Part shown: positions 17,595 to 26,851 of the stretch, in pieces
Position numbering within the stretch: position 1 is the stretch's first letter
Layout of the letters: each line of letters opens with the position of its first letter
DNA from: Gemmatimonadota bacterium
GTDB taxonomy: Bacteria; Gemmatimonadota; Gemmatimonadetes; Palauibacterales; Palauibacteraceae
Direction of reading: 5' to 3'
DNA length: 45,692 nt
Assembly (NCBI GenBank): GCA_046758745.1
Contig: JBHIAV010000020.1
Coordinates: forward strand, 1-45,692
The notes under the pieces: generated by a model
Database searches by the model: none
What the model saw: the letters and a program-made list of their open reading frames with translations, nothing else
What the model was told of the DNA's origin: nothing
Program-made: the position numbers and the translations under genes

Positions 17595-18220
17595 GCCAGC
17601 GGATTCGCGTCGTCCTGGCTGACGATCACGAGCTCGTTCTGGAGGGGCTGCGCTCTCTCCTCGATGCGGAGTCGGACATCGAGGTGGTGGCGACCGCGAC
17701 GACTGGCCAAGCGCTCATGGAGGCGGTTCGCGCCCACCGGCCGGACGTTGCCGTCGTGGACCTGGTGCTGGGGGAGCCGGATGGACTGGCCTGCCTGGAG
17801 CGCATCCGATCTGAGGGACATCCGGTGCGCGTGCTCGTGCTCACCGCCTACAGTGACGGGGAGTCGATGCGGGCGGCCCTGGAGGGCGGGGCCGATGGCT
17901 ACGCCCTCAAGACCGAGCCGCCGCAACAGACGGTCACGTCCATACGGCAGGTCCAAGCGGGGCAGCTCGTCTTCCCGTTGGCTGCGAAGCGGTGGCTGCT
18001 GGGTGGGTCCGCGCCGGCGGGAAGCGGCCAGCTCACCGATCGTGAGCGAGAGGTGCTCGCCCTGGTGGCCGAAGGCCTCACGAACGCGCAGATCGCGCGG
18101 CGGCTGAGAGTGAGCGGGAACACGGTGAAGTTCCACCTCCAGAACCTCTACATGAAGCTGGGGGTCAGCAATCGGACCGAGGCCGCCGCGCGCTATCTGA
18201 AAGAGCGGTCGCCGGACTGA
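17591..18220 (+). CDS. NarL/FixJ-family response regulator (REC + LuxR HTH)
   Basis: LADDHELV, DVAVVDL, GYALK, LTDREREVLALVAEGLTNAQIA...TVKFHL; start overlaps the kinase stop. Confidence 0.95.
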   Translation: MSQRIRVVLADDHELVLEGLRSLLDAESDIEVVATATTGQALMEAVRAHRPDVAVVDLVLGEPDGLACLERIRSEGHPVRVLVLTAYSDGESMRAALEGGADGYALKTEPPQQTVTSIRQVQAGQLVFPLAAKRWLLGGSAPAGSGQLTDREREVLALVAEGLTNAQIARRLRVSGNTVKFHLQNLYMKLGVSNRTEAAARYLKERSPD

Positions 18221-18263
18221 TTCTCCCCGCCTCCTCCCCTCCGGATCTCCTCGTCGGCGGTCA

Positions 18264-18320
18264 CCACCCGAACGGGTAGGGCGCCCCCTGCCCGAAAGGA
18301 AGCGGCGGCTCACCCGCCCG
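18264..18320. promoter_or_regulatory. candidate response-regulator binding repeats upstream of tal
   Basis: CCACCCGAACGGGTAG (contains the ACCCG-AA-CGGGT palindrome), CTGCCCGAAAGG and a weaker CACCCG at 22-24 bp spacing. Confidence 0.35.
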
Positions 18321-18418
18321 GCGGTGGTAGGGGGGCCGACCGCGTGCAACCTTCTCCATGTGAGCCTACCCGGCGCCTTTCGGCCGGGGCCAACTGTCGT
18401 CCGGACGGGGAGAACCCG

Positions 18419-19144
18419 ATGCAGATCTATCTCGACACGGCCAACCTCGAGGAGATTCGTGAGGCGGCCGGCTGGGGAGTGCTGAGCGGGGTGACCACGA
18501 ATCCCACGCTGCTGGCGCGCGAGAGCGGCATGGACTTCGAGGAGACGATCCGGCAGATCGCCTCGCTGGTGGACGGCCCGATCAGCGCCGAGGCGGTCCG
18601 CGGAGACGCCGACGGAATGGTGGAGGAGGGGCGGCGGTACGCCGCCTGGCATCCCAACGTGATCATCAAGGTGCCCTGCACGGTCGAGGGCTTGAAGGCG
18701 GTATACCGTCTCAAGGCGGAGGGAATACGCACCAACGTCACCCTCTGCTTCAACGCCAACCAGGCGCTCCTCGCGGCCCGAGCCGGGGCGTTCGTGATCT
18801 CGCCCTTCGTCGGCCGACTGGATGACATCTCGCAGCCCGGGATGGATCTCATCCGCGATATCGTCGCACTCTTCGACCGGGACCCCGAGATCGAGACGCG
18901 AGTCCTGGCGGCTTCGATCCGCCATCCGCGCCACATCGTGGAAGCTGCGCTGGCGGGCGCTCACATCGCGACCTGCCCCTTCAAGGTACTCCGGCAGAGC
19001 ATGAAGCACCCGCTCACGGACATCGGAATCGAGCGGTTCCTGGCGGACTGGCGGCGCCGCGAGGAAAAAGCGACCCACCCAGAGGCCACGGAGGCTGGGA
19101 GGCCGGCGGAGGCGGGTCGGCAGCCGTCCCTCCGGCCCGTGTGA
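18419..19144 (+). CDS. tal: transaldolase (small TalC/FSA family)
   Basis: [22 protein letters not shown] (Schiff-base Lys), [19 protein letters not shown]. Glu in ISAE and Phe in SPF indicate transaldolase rather than FSA. Confidence 0.93.
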   Translation: MQIYLDTANLEEIREAAGWGVLSGVTTNPTLLARESGMDFEETIRQIASLVDGPISAEAVRGDADGMVEEGRRYAAWHPNVIIKVPCTVEGLKAVYRLKAEGIRTNVTLCFNANQALLAARAGAFVISPFVGRLDDISQPGMDLIRDIVALFDRDPEIETRVLAASIRHPRHIVEAALAGAHIATCPFKVLRQSMKHPLTDIGIERFLADWRRREEKATHPEATEAGRPAEAGRQPSLRPV

Positions 19145-19206
19145 GCCGTGGGGTGGTGAGCGACTCGCCGGCGGGGACTACGCCCCGTTCCCTTGGCCCG
19201 GGAGCG

Positions 19207-19260
19207 TGAACGCACAGTCAGACATGAACGCACAGTCAGACATGAACGCACCGTCAGAGA
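19207..19260 (+). repeat. 3 x 18-bp tandem repeat abutting the RuBisCO RBS
   Basis: TGAACGCACAGTCAGACA x2 then TGAACGCACCGTCAGAGA, followed by GGAG and the ATG at 19273. Confidence 0.92.
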
Positions 19261-19272
19261 GGAGCTGAAATC

Positions 19273-20661
19273 ATGCCGACGACGAAAGAGGTCTTGGGAG
19301 GGACAACGGCCTCCCCGGTGCCGGAAGCCAGCGAGAGCCCGGGCTTCGAAGCAGGGGTGGCGCCCTACCAGAAGAACTACTGGGCTCCGGAGTACCGGCC
19401 AAGAGACACGGACCTGCTCTGCGCGTTCCGCATCACCCCGAAGCCGGGGGTCGACATCATCGAGGCGGCCGCCGCAGTGGCCGCGGAATCTTCCACCGGG
19501 ACGTGGACCGAGGTGTGGTCGAGCGCCCTCACGGACCTCGATCGCTACCGCGCGCTCGTCTACCGGATCGACGACGACATCGCGTACATCGCCTACCCGT
19601 TGGATCTCTTCGAGGAGGGTTCCATCGTCAACATCATGAGCTCGATCGTCGGCAACGTCTTCGGCTTCAAGGCCGTCACCGCCCTGCGTCTGGAGGATAT
19701 GCGGATCCCGGTCGCGCTGGTGAAGACCTTCCCGGGACCGCCCACCGGGATCGAGCTGGAGCGGCAGCGGCTCAAGAAGTTCGGCCGCCCGCTACTCGGG
19801 GGCACGATCAAGCCGAAGCTCGGCCTGAGCCCCGCGGGATACGCCCGGGTCGTCTACGACTGCCTCAAAGGCGGGCTGGACACCACCAAGGACGACGAGA
19901 ACATGAACTCCCAGCCGTTCAGCCGCTGGCGGGACCGCTTCCTGTTCGTGATGGAGGCGGTGAACAAGGCGGAGGCCGAGACCGGCGAGACGAAGGGTCA
20001 CTGGCTGAACGTCACCGCCCCCACCACGGAGGAGGCGCTCGAGCGGGCGGATTACGCGGCCGAACTCGGCTCGCGCTACGTGATGATCGATTACCTGACC
20101 GCCGGCTTCGCTGCCCACCAGAGCGTGCGCAATCACATCGAGAAGAAGGGGCTGATGCTCCACGTGCATCGGGCGATGCACGCCGTCATCGACCGGCAGA
20201 AGAACCACGGCATCGCCTTCCGGGTGCTCGCGAAGTGGCTCCGGCTGGCCGGCGGCGATCACCTGCACACGGGGACGGTGGTCGGCAAGCTGGAAGGCGA
20301 TAGGGCCGTGACCATCGCCATCGCGGACATGCTGAGGAAGGATTGGGTCCCCGCCGACCCGGCGACGGGCGCCTACTTCGAGCAGGAGTGGGCAGGGCTC
20401 AAAACCGTCTTTCCGTGCGCCTCCGGTGGCATCCATGTGCATCACATCCCGGCCCTGTACGAGATCTACGGGAACGATGCCTTCTGGCTCTTCGGCGGCG
20501 GGACGCACGGACACCCCGGCGGCAGCCTGGCGGGAGCGCGGGCCAACAGGGTCGCCACAGAGGCGATCGCCCAGGGAATTCCCCTGGAGAGGGCGGCCCG
20601 CGACTGCCCGGAGCTCCGCGACGCGATGGAGCTCTGGAAGGACATCCGCTTCGAAGACTGA
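19273..20661 (+). CDS. rbcL: RuBisCO large subunit, Form I-like without small subunit (probable Form I-alpha)
   Basis: [63 protein letters not shown] all intact; the next gene is prk, with no rbcS. Confidence 0.96.
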   Translation: MPTTKEVLGGTTASPVPEASESPGFEAGVAPYQKNYWAPEYRPRDTDLLCAFRITPKPGVDIIEAAAAVAAESSTGTWTEVWSSALTDLDRYRALVYRIDDDIAYIAYPLDLFEEGSIVNIMSSIVGNVFGFKAVTALRLEDMRIPVALVKTFPGPPTGIELERQRLKKFGRPLLGGTIKPKLGLSPAGYARVVYDCLKGGLDTTKDDENMNSQPFSRWRDRFLFVMEAVNKAEAETGETKGHWLNVTAPTTEEALERADYAAELGSRYVMIDYLTAGFAAHQSVRNHIEKKGLMLHVHRAMHAVIDRQKNHGIAFRVLAKWLRLAGGDHLHTGTVVGKLEGDRAVTIAIADMLRKDWVPADPATGAYFEQEWAGLKTVFPCASGGIHVHHIPALYEIYGNDAFWLFGGGTHGHPGGSLAGARANRVATEAIAQGIPLERAARDCPELRDAMELWKDIRFED

Positions 20662-20672
20662 GGAGATCGACC

Positions 20673-21656
20673 ATGCCGTTCCGAGACCAGAATCCGATCC
20701 TGCTCGGCATCGTCGGCGACTCCGGTTCGGGCAAATCGACGCTCTCCGCAGGGATCGAGATGATCCTCGGCAAGGAAAGAGTGACCGATATCTGCCTGGA
20801 CGACTACCACCGCTACGATCGTGCCGGGCGCAAGGCGCATGGAATCACCGCGCTGAATCCCGAGTGCAACCACCTGGAGCTGATGCGGCAGCACCTCCTC
20901 CTCCTCCGCGCAGGAGAGACGATCTTCAAGCCGGTGTATGATCACTCCGATGGGACCTTCGGTCCCCCGGAGTTCGTGACGCCGCGACAGCTCGTGGTCG
21001 TGCATGGGCTTTTGGGGCTGTACACCCAGCCCCTCAAGTCCGCCTTTCACGTCTCGGTCTTTCTCGACCCCGATCCCGACCTCCGGGTGCAGTGGAAGAT
21101 CAGCCGGGATACGGCGAAGCGCGGCTACACTCCGGAGCAGGTGCGGCAACAGCTCGAGCATCGGCGTCACGATTCCGAGACGTTCATCCTGCCGCAGCGG
21201 GGGCGGGCGGACCTCGTCGTGCGCTTCTACCCGCAGCCCGGCTACTGGCAGACGCGCGACAACACCAGGCTGAACGTCCGCATCCTGCAGCGCCACGACG
21301 TGGGGGGACCCGACCTCGAGTCGCTGCTGGTCGAGGCGGCTCGCATCGCCTGCCACGGGAAAAGGGGACGCCCGTGTCTGTACCTCGAGGAATATTCGAC
21401 GGGTGGAGTCGAGGAGGCCCTCTACATAGACGGTTCGATTCCAGACGAGCTGGCCGCGGAAGTGGAAGACACCCTGTGGGATCAGATGCCGCGGGTCCGA
21501 CACCTGCGCCCGGAGGAGATCGGCGTGTTCGATGAGGGCGGGGTGATCCGCCGGTCCAACAGCCTCGCGCTCACCCAGCTGCTCGTCACGTACTACCTCG
21601 TGCGAGCCGCCGAAGTGGCGCGGGAGGAGCTGGCGGCCTCGGCGGCCGCCTCGTGA
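20673..21656 (+). CDS. prk: phosphoribulokinase (cyanobacterial/plant/archaeal-like class)
   Basis: [13 protein letters not shown]-loop, [43 protein letters not shown] after GAGGAG. Confidence 0.9.
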   Translation: MPFRDQNPILLGIVGDSGSGKSTLSAGIEMILGKERVTDICLDDYHRYDRAGRKAHGITALNPECNHLELMRQHLLLLRAGETIFKPVYDHSDGTFGPPEFVTPRQLVVVHGLLGLYTQPLKSAFHVSVFLDPDPDLRVQWKISRDTAKRGYTPEQVRQQLEHRRHDSETFILPQRGRADLVVRFYPQPGYWQTRDNTRLNVRILQRHDVGGPDLESLLVEAARIACHGKRGRPCLYLEEYSTGGVEEALYIDGSIPDELAAEVEDTLWDQMPRVRHLRPEEIGVFDEGGVIRRSNSLALTQLLVTYYLVRAAEVAREELAASAAAS

Positions 21657-22742
21657 CGCGGCCGGCGGCGAAGGGGAGCGGGATGCGATCGCCGCCGCCC
21701 CCGCTCGACGAGCTGTCGATCAACGTGATCCGCGGCCTGGCCATGGATGCGGTAGAGGCCGCGCGCTCCGGGCACCCCGGGATGCCGATGGGAGCGGCCA
21801 CCATGGCGTACGTCCTGTGGGACCGGCATCTGCGGCACGATCCGACCGACCCTGTCTGGCCCGACCGGGACCGCTTCGTTCTCTCGGCTGGACACGGCTC
21901 CATGCTCCTGTACGCCCTGCTGCACCTCACCGGCTATGAGTTGCCGCTCGAGGAGCTGAGGGAGTTTCGGCAATGGGGGAGCCGGACGCCCGGCCACCCG
22001 GAGTACGGACATACCCCCGGCGTCGAGACGACGACCGGTCCCCTCGGCCAGGGCTTCGGAAACGCCGTCGGGATGGCGATCGCCGAACGCTGCCTGGCTG
22101 CCCGCTTCAACCGGCCCGGGCACGGGATCGTGGACCACCGGACGTACGTGATCGCGAGCGATGGGGATCTCATGGAGGGTGTCCAGTCCGAAGCCGCCTC
22201 GCTGGCCGGTCACCTGGGGCTGGGTCGCCTCATCGTCCTGTACGACGCCAATCGGATCAGCATCGATGGCTCGACCGACCTCGCCTTTACCGAGGACGTG
22301 GGAGCCCGGTTCGTCGGCTACGGCTGGCACGTGCAGGAGATCGACGGACACGATGCGGCGGCGGTGGACGAGGCCCTCACGGCGGCCCGGGGGGAGGTCG
22401 GGCGCCCCTCTCTCATCATAGCCAGGACCCACATCGGCTACGGGAGCCCCAACAAGCAGGACTCGGCGGACGCGCACGGCGCACCGCTCGGATCGGAGGA
22501 GCTGCGCCTGGTCAAGGAGCGGCTCGGAATCCCTCCGGAGGAGAGCTTCTGGATCCCGGAAGAGGTCCGCACCCACATGCGCGCGGCGCTCGAGCGAGGC
22601 TGCGTGTGGCGGCGAGAGTGGGAGGATCGGTTGCGGGCCTACGCCGAGGCCTTCCCCGGGGAGCACACGCGCTTCCTGGAGGCCCTCCGAGGCGACCTGC
22701 CCGCCGGGTGGGGGGAATCGCTGCCCATGTTCGAAGGCGGGA
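21653..22742 (+). pseudogene. tkt: transketolase, truncated after the N-terminal TPP-binding domain
   Basis: [65 protein letters not shown]. Similarity ends at LPMFEGG (~22742); the frame then runs through unrelated sequence to a stop at 23146. Confidence 0.85.
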
Positions 22743-22745
22743 CCC

Positions 22746-22985
22746 GCTGTCGGAGCATGGCGGGTGCCTGTCGGGGATACGGGCCGTCTCCTGTCGGGGT
22801 GATGGCAGCCGCCTTTCGGGGACACGGGCCGTCGCCTTTACGCCACAGGGCTCCCTGGTTCGTATCGGGGGGACTCCCCATCTTGGAGAACCTCCATGTT
22901 TCGGGCAGGAGCCCCGGCCCTGTTCGGGCAGGGATCGCGGTCGTCGGGCACCCCTTTCTAGGTCGGGCAGGAACGCCCGTCGGGA
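22746..22985. repeat. degenerate repeat tract (TCGGG cores at ~17-23 bp spacing, ~45-bp duplicated unit)
   Basis: GCCTGTCGGGGATACGGGCCGTCTCCT (22766-22792) versus GCCTTTCGGGGACACGGGCCGTCGCCT (22811-22837); TCGGGCAGG at 22901, 22924, 22963. Confidence 0.6.
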
Positions 22986-22994
22986 GCGGGTCGC

Positions 22995-23294
22995 GTGGGA
23001 TACACCCGCAGGGACATCCAGGACTCGGTGAACCGGGCCGGCGACGCCCACATGCAGGCGCTCATCGATCATCACGAGTCGGCCTATCCGGAGAGCCCTC
23101 CCACGCCGGGAAACATCTGCCGCGCCGAAGCCGAGCGCCTGAATGAGCTGGGCTTCGGGAACGCCGGCGACGACCTCAGACTGATCGAGACGAGGGTCGA
23201 ACGGGCCGGGAACGAAGTTCGGATCACGCACGTTTTCGAGTACGTACCACTCGGGGTGCGCCTATTGACCGAGCCGTTCACGGGCTACGCCTGA
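22995..23294 (+). CDS. hypothetical protein (99 aa)
   Basis: GTG after GGGAG; globular, balanced composition unlike the Arg/Pro-rich shadow ORFs. Confidence 0.65.
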   Translation: MGYTRRDIQDSVNRAGDAHMQALIDHHESAYPESPPTPGNICRAEAERLNELGFGNAGDDLRLIETRVERAGNEVRITHVFEYVPLGVRLLTEPFTGYA

Positions 23295-23982
23295 GCCGGG
23301 CCGTTCTGCCGGGCCCGACCCCTCGTGAACCCGGAGCGCACCGGCGGCGCGCGGTGGAACGGCGGGAGGCTTGCGCTCAGGCGGACACCAACATATCGTG
23401 ATGACCCCCCAGAGGTTCCGGGGCTGCCGGCAGGGGTGGCCGGTCCGCGAGACCGGCGCACGACCGGGGGCTCACGGAGAGTTCTTCGGCGGTGACGCAT
23501 GGCTGAGGGTGTCTCGTCAGGGAGCCGGGCGTGGGGAGTGGCGGTAGGGTGGCGGAGCGAGGGCAAGCCCGGTCCGTTCGGATGCCGCGGCAGTGGGCCG
23601 GGGCAGCGGTGGCGCGGGTACTGGTGGTCCTCCTGTGGCCGGCTTGCCGACGCTCTCGCTTCCTCCCGTTCTCGACTCCCCTCGATTCTTGCCACTCTCG
23701 TTACTCGCCGCCAGGACTCTCCCGAAGATCCACATTCCGGCTTCAGACTAGCGGTCTGCACTTCCCTCTCATCGAGGAGGCTCGAGATGGCTCACGCGCA
23801 GGTCCGGCGCGCTGTCGTTGGGAGCGCCACGTTGGTGGGCCCATGGGTCGCGCCGGCGGGCCGGGGAGGAATCGACCGCGGTGGACCCGGAGAGCGGGGT
23901 CCACCGCCGTAAGCGGAAGCCTCATTCGGAGCCGTCTCTCCGAGACGGAGTCTCGCCCATCCCAAGCAGGCAGGAGTTCTTT

Positions 23983-25773
23983 ATGAGTCGACTCAATCAT
24001 CGCGCCTGGTCGTGGGCGGTCGCTGCGAGCCTGTTGCTGCTCGTGGCCGCGCCCGCGGCGGCCCAGGACCTGATCCAGATGTCGAAGGATCCGGGTCAGT
24101 GGGTGCTACCGGGCAAGGACTACGCGTTGACCCGGTACGTCGAGCTGGGCCAGATCAACAAGTCGAACGTCGGGAACCTGAAGGTTGCCTGGACGTTTTC
24201 GACAGGCACGTTGAACGGGCTCGAGGGCGCTCCTCTGGTCATCGGCAACACGATGTATTTCGTGACCTCGTTCCCGAACATCGTGTACGCCCTGGACCTC
24301 GCCAAGGAGGGTGCCCCGATCAAGTGGCTGTACAGGCCCGATCAGGACCCCACGGTGCCCGGGGTCGCGTGCTGCGATCTGGTGAACCGCGGCGTGGCGT
24401 ACGCCGACGGCAAGATCTTCTTCACTCAGCTCGACGCGACTGTGGTGGCGCTCGATGCGAACACCGGCAAAGTGGTCTGGTCGGTGAAGCAGGGCGATCC
24501 GAAGAAGGGGATGACCATCACCGGCGCTCCGCTCGTGATCAAGGACAAGGTGATCACCGGGATCAGCGGCGGTGAGTTCGGCGTTCGCGGCTTCGTGACC
24601 GCCAACGACATCAAGACCGGCAAGCAGATCTGGCGGAAGTACAGCGCCGGCCCGGACGAGGACGTCGGGATCGGCCCGGACTTCAAACCCTTCTACAAGG
24701 ACCACCAGGGCAAGGACCTCGGGGTCACCACGTGGAAGGGCGACGAGTGGACCCGCGGAGGCGGCACGACGTGGGGCTGGTACTCCTACGATCCGGAGCT
24801 CGACCTCTTCTACTACAACACCGGTAACCCCGGCAGCTGGAATCCGGATCAGCGCCCCGGCGACAACAAGTGGTCGATGACGATGTGGGCGCGTGATCCC
24901 GACGACGGCATGGCCAAGTGGGCATATCAGATGACCCCGCACGATGCGTGGGACTACGACGGGGTCAACGAGAGCATCCTGGTCGATCAGATGATCGGTG
25001 GGAAGCTGCGGAAGACCTCGGTCCACTTCGACCGTAACGGTTTCGCGTACACGGTGGACCGGACCACCGGCGAGGTCATCGTGGCCGAGCCGTACGGCGC
25101 GGTGAACTGGGCGAAGGCGATCGATAAGAAGACAGGGCGTCCCATCGAAGATCCATCCAAGCGGACGAAGCAGGGCGAGAACACCACGAACATCTGCCCG
25201 TCCGCCATGGGCTTCAAGGACCAGCAGCCGGCCTCCTACTCGCCGCGCACGAAGCTGTTCTACGTGCCGAGCAACAACCTCTGCATGGACTATGAAGGGG
25301 TGGAGGTCAGCTACACCGCGGGCCTGCCGTACGTCGGCGCAATCGTGAAGACGTACCCGGGTCCGGGTGGGCATCGTGGCGCGCTGGTTGCCTGGGATGC
25401 CACCGAGGGCAAGAAGGTCTGGGAGGTCAAGGAGAACTTCTCCGCCTGGGGCGGCACGCTCGTGACGTCCACCGACCTGGTGTTCTACGGCACCATGGAC
25501 GGTTGGTTCAAGGCGGTCGACGCGACCAGCGGAAACGTGCTGTGGAAGTTCAAGACCGGTGCCGGGATCATCGGTGCTCCGATGACGTACATCGGCCCGG
25601 ACGGCAAGCAGTACGTGGCCATTCTGGCGGGCGTCGGTGGCTGGGCAGGCGCCACGGTCTCCCTTGATCTATCGCTGGATGACCCGACGGCCGCTCTCGG
25701 AGCGGTGAACGCGTTCGACGATCTCGGGCAGCACGTCGCCAAGAGCGGCATTCTGTTCGTGTTCTCGCTGTAA
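23983..25773 (+). CDS. xoxF: lanthanide-dependent PQQ methanol dehydrogenase
   Basis: Signal peptide; VACCDLVNRG disulfide, GISGGEFGVRG, TGNPG, HDAWDYDGVNE (D-x-D lanthanide motif), HFDRNG; followed by xoxJ and xoxG; no mxaI. Confidence 0.93.
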   Translation: MSRLNHRAWSWAVAASLLLLVAAPAAAQDLIQMSKDPGQWVLPGKDYALTRYVELGQINKSNVGNLKVAWTFSTGTLNGLEGAPLVIGNTMYFVTSFPNIVYALDLAKEGAPIKWLYRPDQDPTVPGVACCDLVNRGVAYADGKIFFTQLDATVVALDANTGKVVWSVKQGDPKKGMTITGAPLVIKDKVITGISGGEFGVRGFVTANDIKTGKQIWRKYSAGPDEDVGIGPDFKPFYKDHQGKDLGVTTWKGDEWTRGGGTTWGWYSYDPELDLFYYNTGNPGSWNPDQRPGDNKWSMTMWARDPDDGMAKWAYQMTPHDAWDYDGVNESILVDQMIGGKLRKTSVHFDRNGFAYTVDRTTGEVIVAEPYGAVNWAKAIDKKTGRPIEDPSKRTKQGENTTNICPSAMGFKDQQPASYSPRTKLFYVPSNNLCMDYEGVEVSYTAGLPYVGAIVKTYPGPGGHRGALVAWDATEGKKVWEVKENFSAWGGTLVTSTDLVFYGTMDGWFKAVDATSGNVLWKFKTGAGIIGAPMTYIGPDGKQYVAILAGVGGWAGATVSLDLSLDDPTAALGAVNAFDDLGQHVAKSGILFVFSL

Positions 25774-25805
25774 CACAGCGCAACCCCAAAGCCCCTCGAA
25801 AGAGG

Positions 25806-25834
25806 CCGGGCACCGGGCTGAGCCCGGTGCCCGG
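25806..25834. repeat. perfect 14-bp inverted repeat downstream of xoxF
   Basis: CCGGGCACCGGGCT-G-AGCCCGGTGCCCGG. Confidence 0.8.
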
Positions 25835-25860
25835 TTCGGGCAGCCGAGGGCACCTCGTGG

Positions 25861-25890
25861 AACCCGCTCCCCTCGGCGGGTTTTATTTTC
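25861..25890 (+). terminator. intrinsic terminator between xoxF and xoxJ
   Basis: AACCCGC...GCGGGTT stem followed by TTATTTT. Confidence 0.65.
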
Positions 25891-25957
25891 CTGGGCCAGG
25901 AGGATCGATGCCGCGGCTGTGGGCGTAACCGTGCGAGCCAAGGTACCGGGGGCCGGA

Positions 25958-26851
25958 ATGGGACGACGCATCGGAAAGAGAAGAGGCGCGGCGGCGCTCG
26001 CCTGCGTCCTGCTGCTCGGCGGCGGCTCCGGTTCAGCGGCGGCACAGCCGGCGAGCAGCGGAGTGGACGGGGAGAAAGAGGCGTTCCGCGTCTGCGCCGA
26101 TCCGAACAATCTGCCCTTCTCGAACCGGCGGGAGGAAGGGTTCGAGAACAAGCTCGCCGAGATGATCGCGGCGGAGCTGGGAACCAGCGTTCAATACACC
26201 TGGTGGCCCCAGCGTCGCGGCTTCATCCGAAACACCCTTCGAGAGAAGCTGTGCGACGTGGTCATGGGCGTTCCGAGCAGCTACGAGCTCGTCCTGACGA
26301 CCAAGCCCTATTATCGCTCCACGTACGTGTTCCTCTACCGGAAGGATGCGGGGCTGGAACTCCGCACGCTCGACGATCCCGTGCTGCGAGAGCTCCGGAT
26401 CGGCGTGCACATCATCGGAGATGACTACGCCAACAGTCCGCCTGCTCACGCGCTCAGCAACCGGAACATCGTGCAGAACGTCGTCGGCTACAGCGTGTAC
26501 GGGGACTACAACGAGCCGAACCCGCCGGCCAGGATCGTGGATGCGGTGGAGTCGGGCGACGTGGATGTGGCGATCGTGTGGGGACCGATCGCCGGCTACT
26601 TCTCGAAGGGACAGCCGCTGCCGCTCGAGATCGTGCCGGTGTCGCCGCAGATCGACCTGCCGTTCCTCCCCTTCGTGTTCGACGTGTCGATGGGAGTGCG
26701 CCGCGAAGACGAGGAGCTCAGGGACGGTCTGGAGCGGATTCTCGACAAGAAAGCGGCCGAGATCCGGGCGCTGCTGGAGGAGTACGGTGTACCGATCGTT
26801 GGGATCCACCGACGGTCCGCAGCTTCCCCCCGGGAGGGAGAGAGCCCGTGA
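25958..26851 (+). CDS. xoxJ: MxaJ/XoxJ periplasmic binding protein
   Basis: RVCADPNNLPFSN, GFENK, QRRGFIRNTL, CDVVMG, PYYRSTYVF, DVAIVWGPIAGY, SMGVR. Confidence 0.92.
   Translation: MGRRIGKRRGAAALACVLLLGGGSGSAAAQPASSGVDGEKEAFRVCADPNNLPFSNRREEGFENKLAEMIAAELGTSVQYTWWPQRRGFIRNTLREKLCDVVMGVPSSYELVLTTKPYYRSTYVFLYRKDAGLELRTLDDPVLRELRIGVHIIGDDYANSPPAHALSNRNIVQNVVGYSVYGDYNEPNPPARIVDAVESGDVDVAIVWGPIAGYFSKGQPLPLEIVPVSPQIDLPFLPFVFDVSMGVRREDEELRDGLERILDKKAAEIRALLEEYGVPIVGIHRRSAASPREGESP

Noticed and set aside
17348-19078. Long antisense ORFs (576 aa here; also 33658-35016, 24106-25374 and others)
   Set aside because: Shadow frames of real genes in high-GC DNA, with no motifs.
19207-19260. 18-bp repeats as a CRISPR array
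   Set aside because: The units are contiguous with no spacers, and no cas genes are present.
19273-20661. RuBisCO-like protein (Form IV)
   Set aside because: All catalytic residues are present and prk is adjacent.
22743-23146. Novel C-terminal domain fused to transketolase
   Set aside because: Gly/Pro/Arg-rich read-through of a repeat tract that overlaps a better ORF (22995-23294).
23983-25773. Ca-dependent mxaF
   Set aside because: The active site is DYDG rather than DYAG, and there is no mxaI or mxaACKL.
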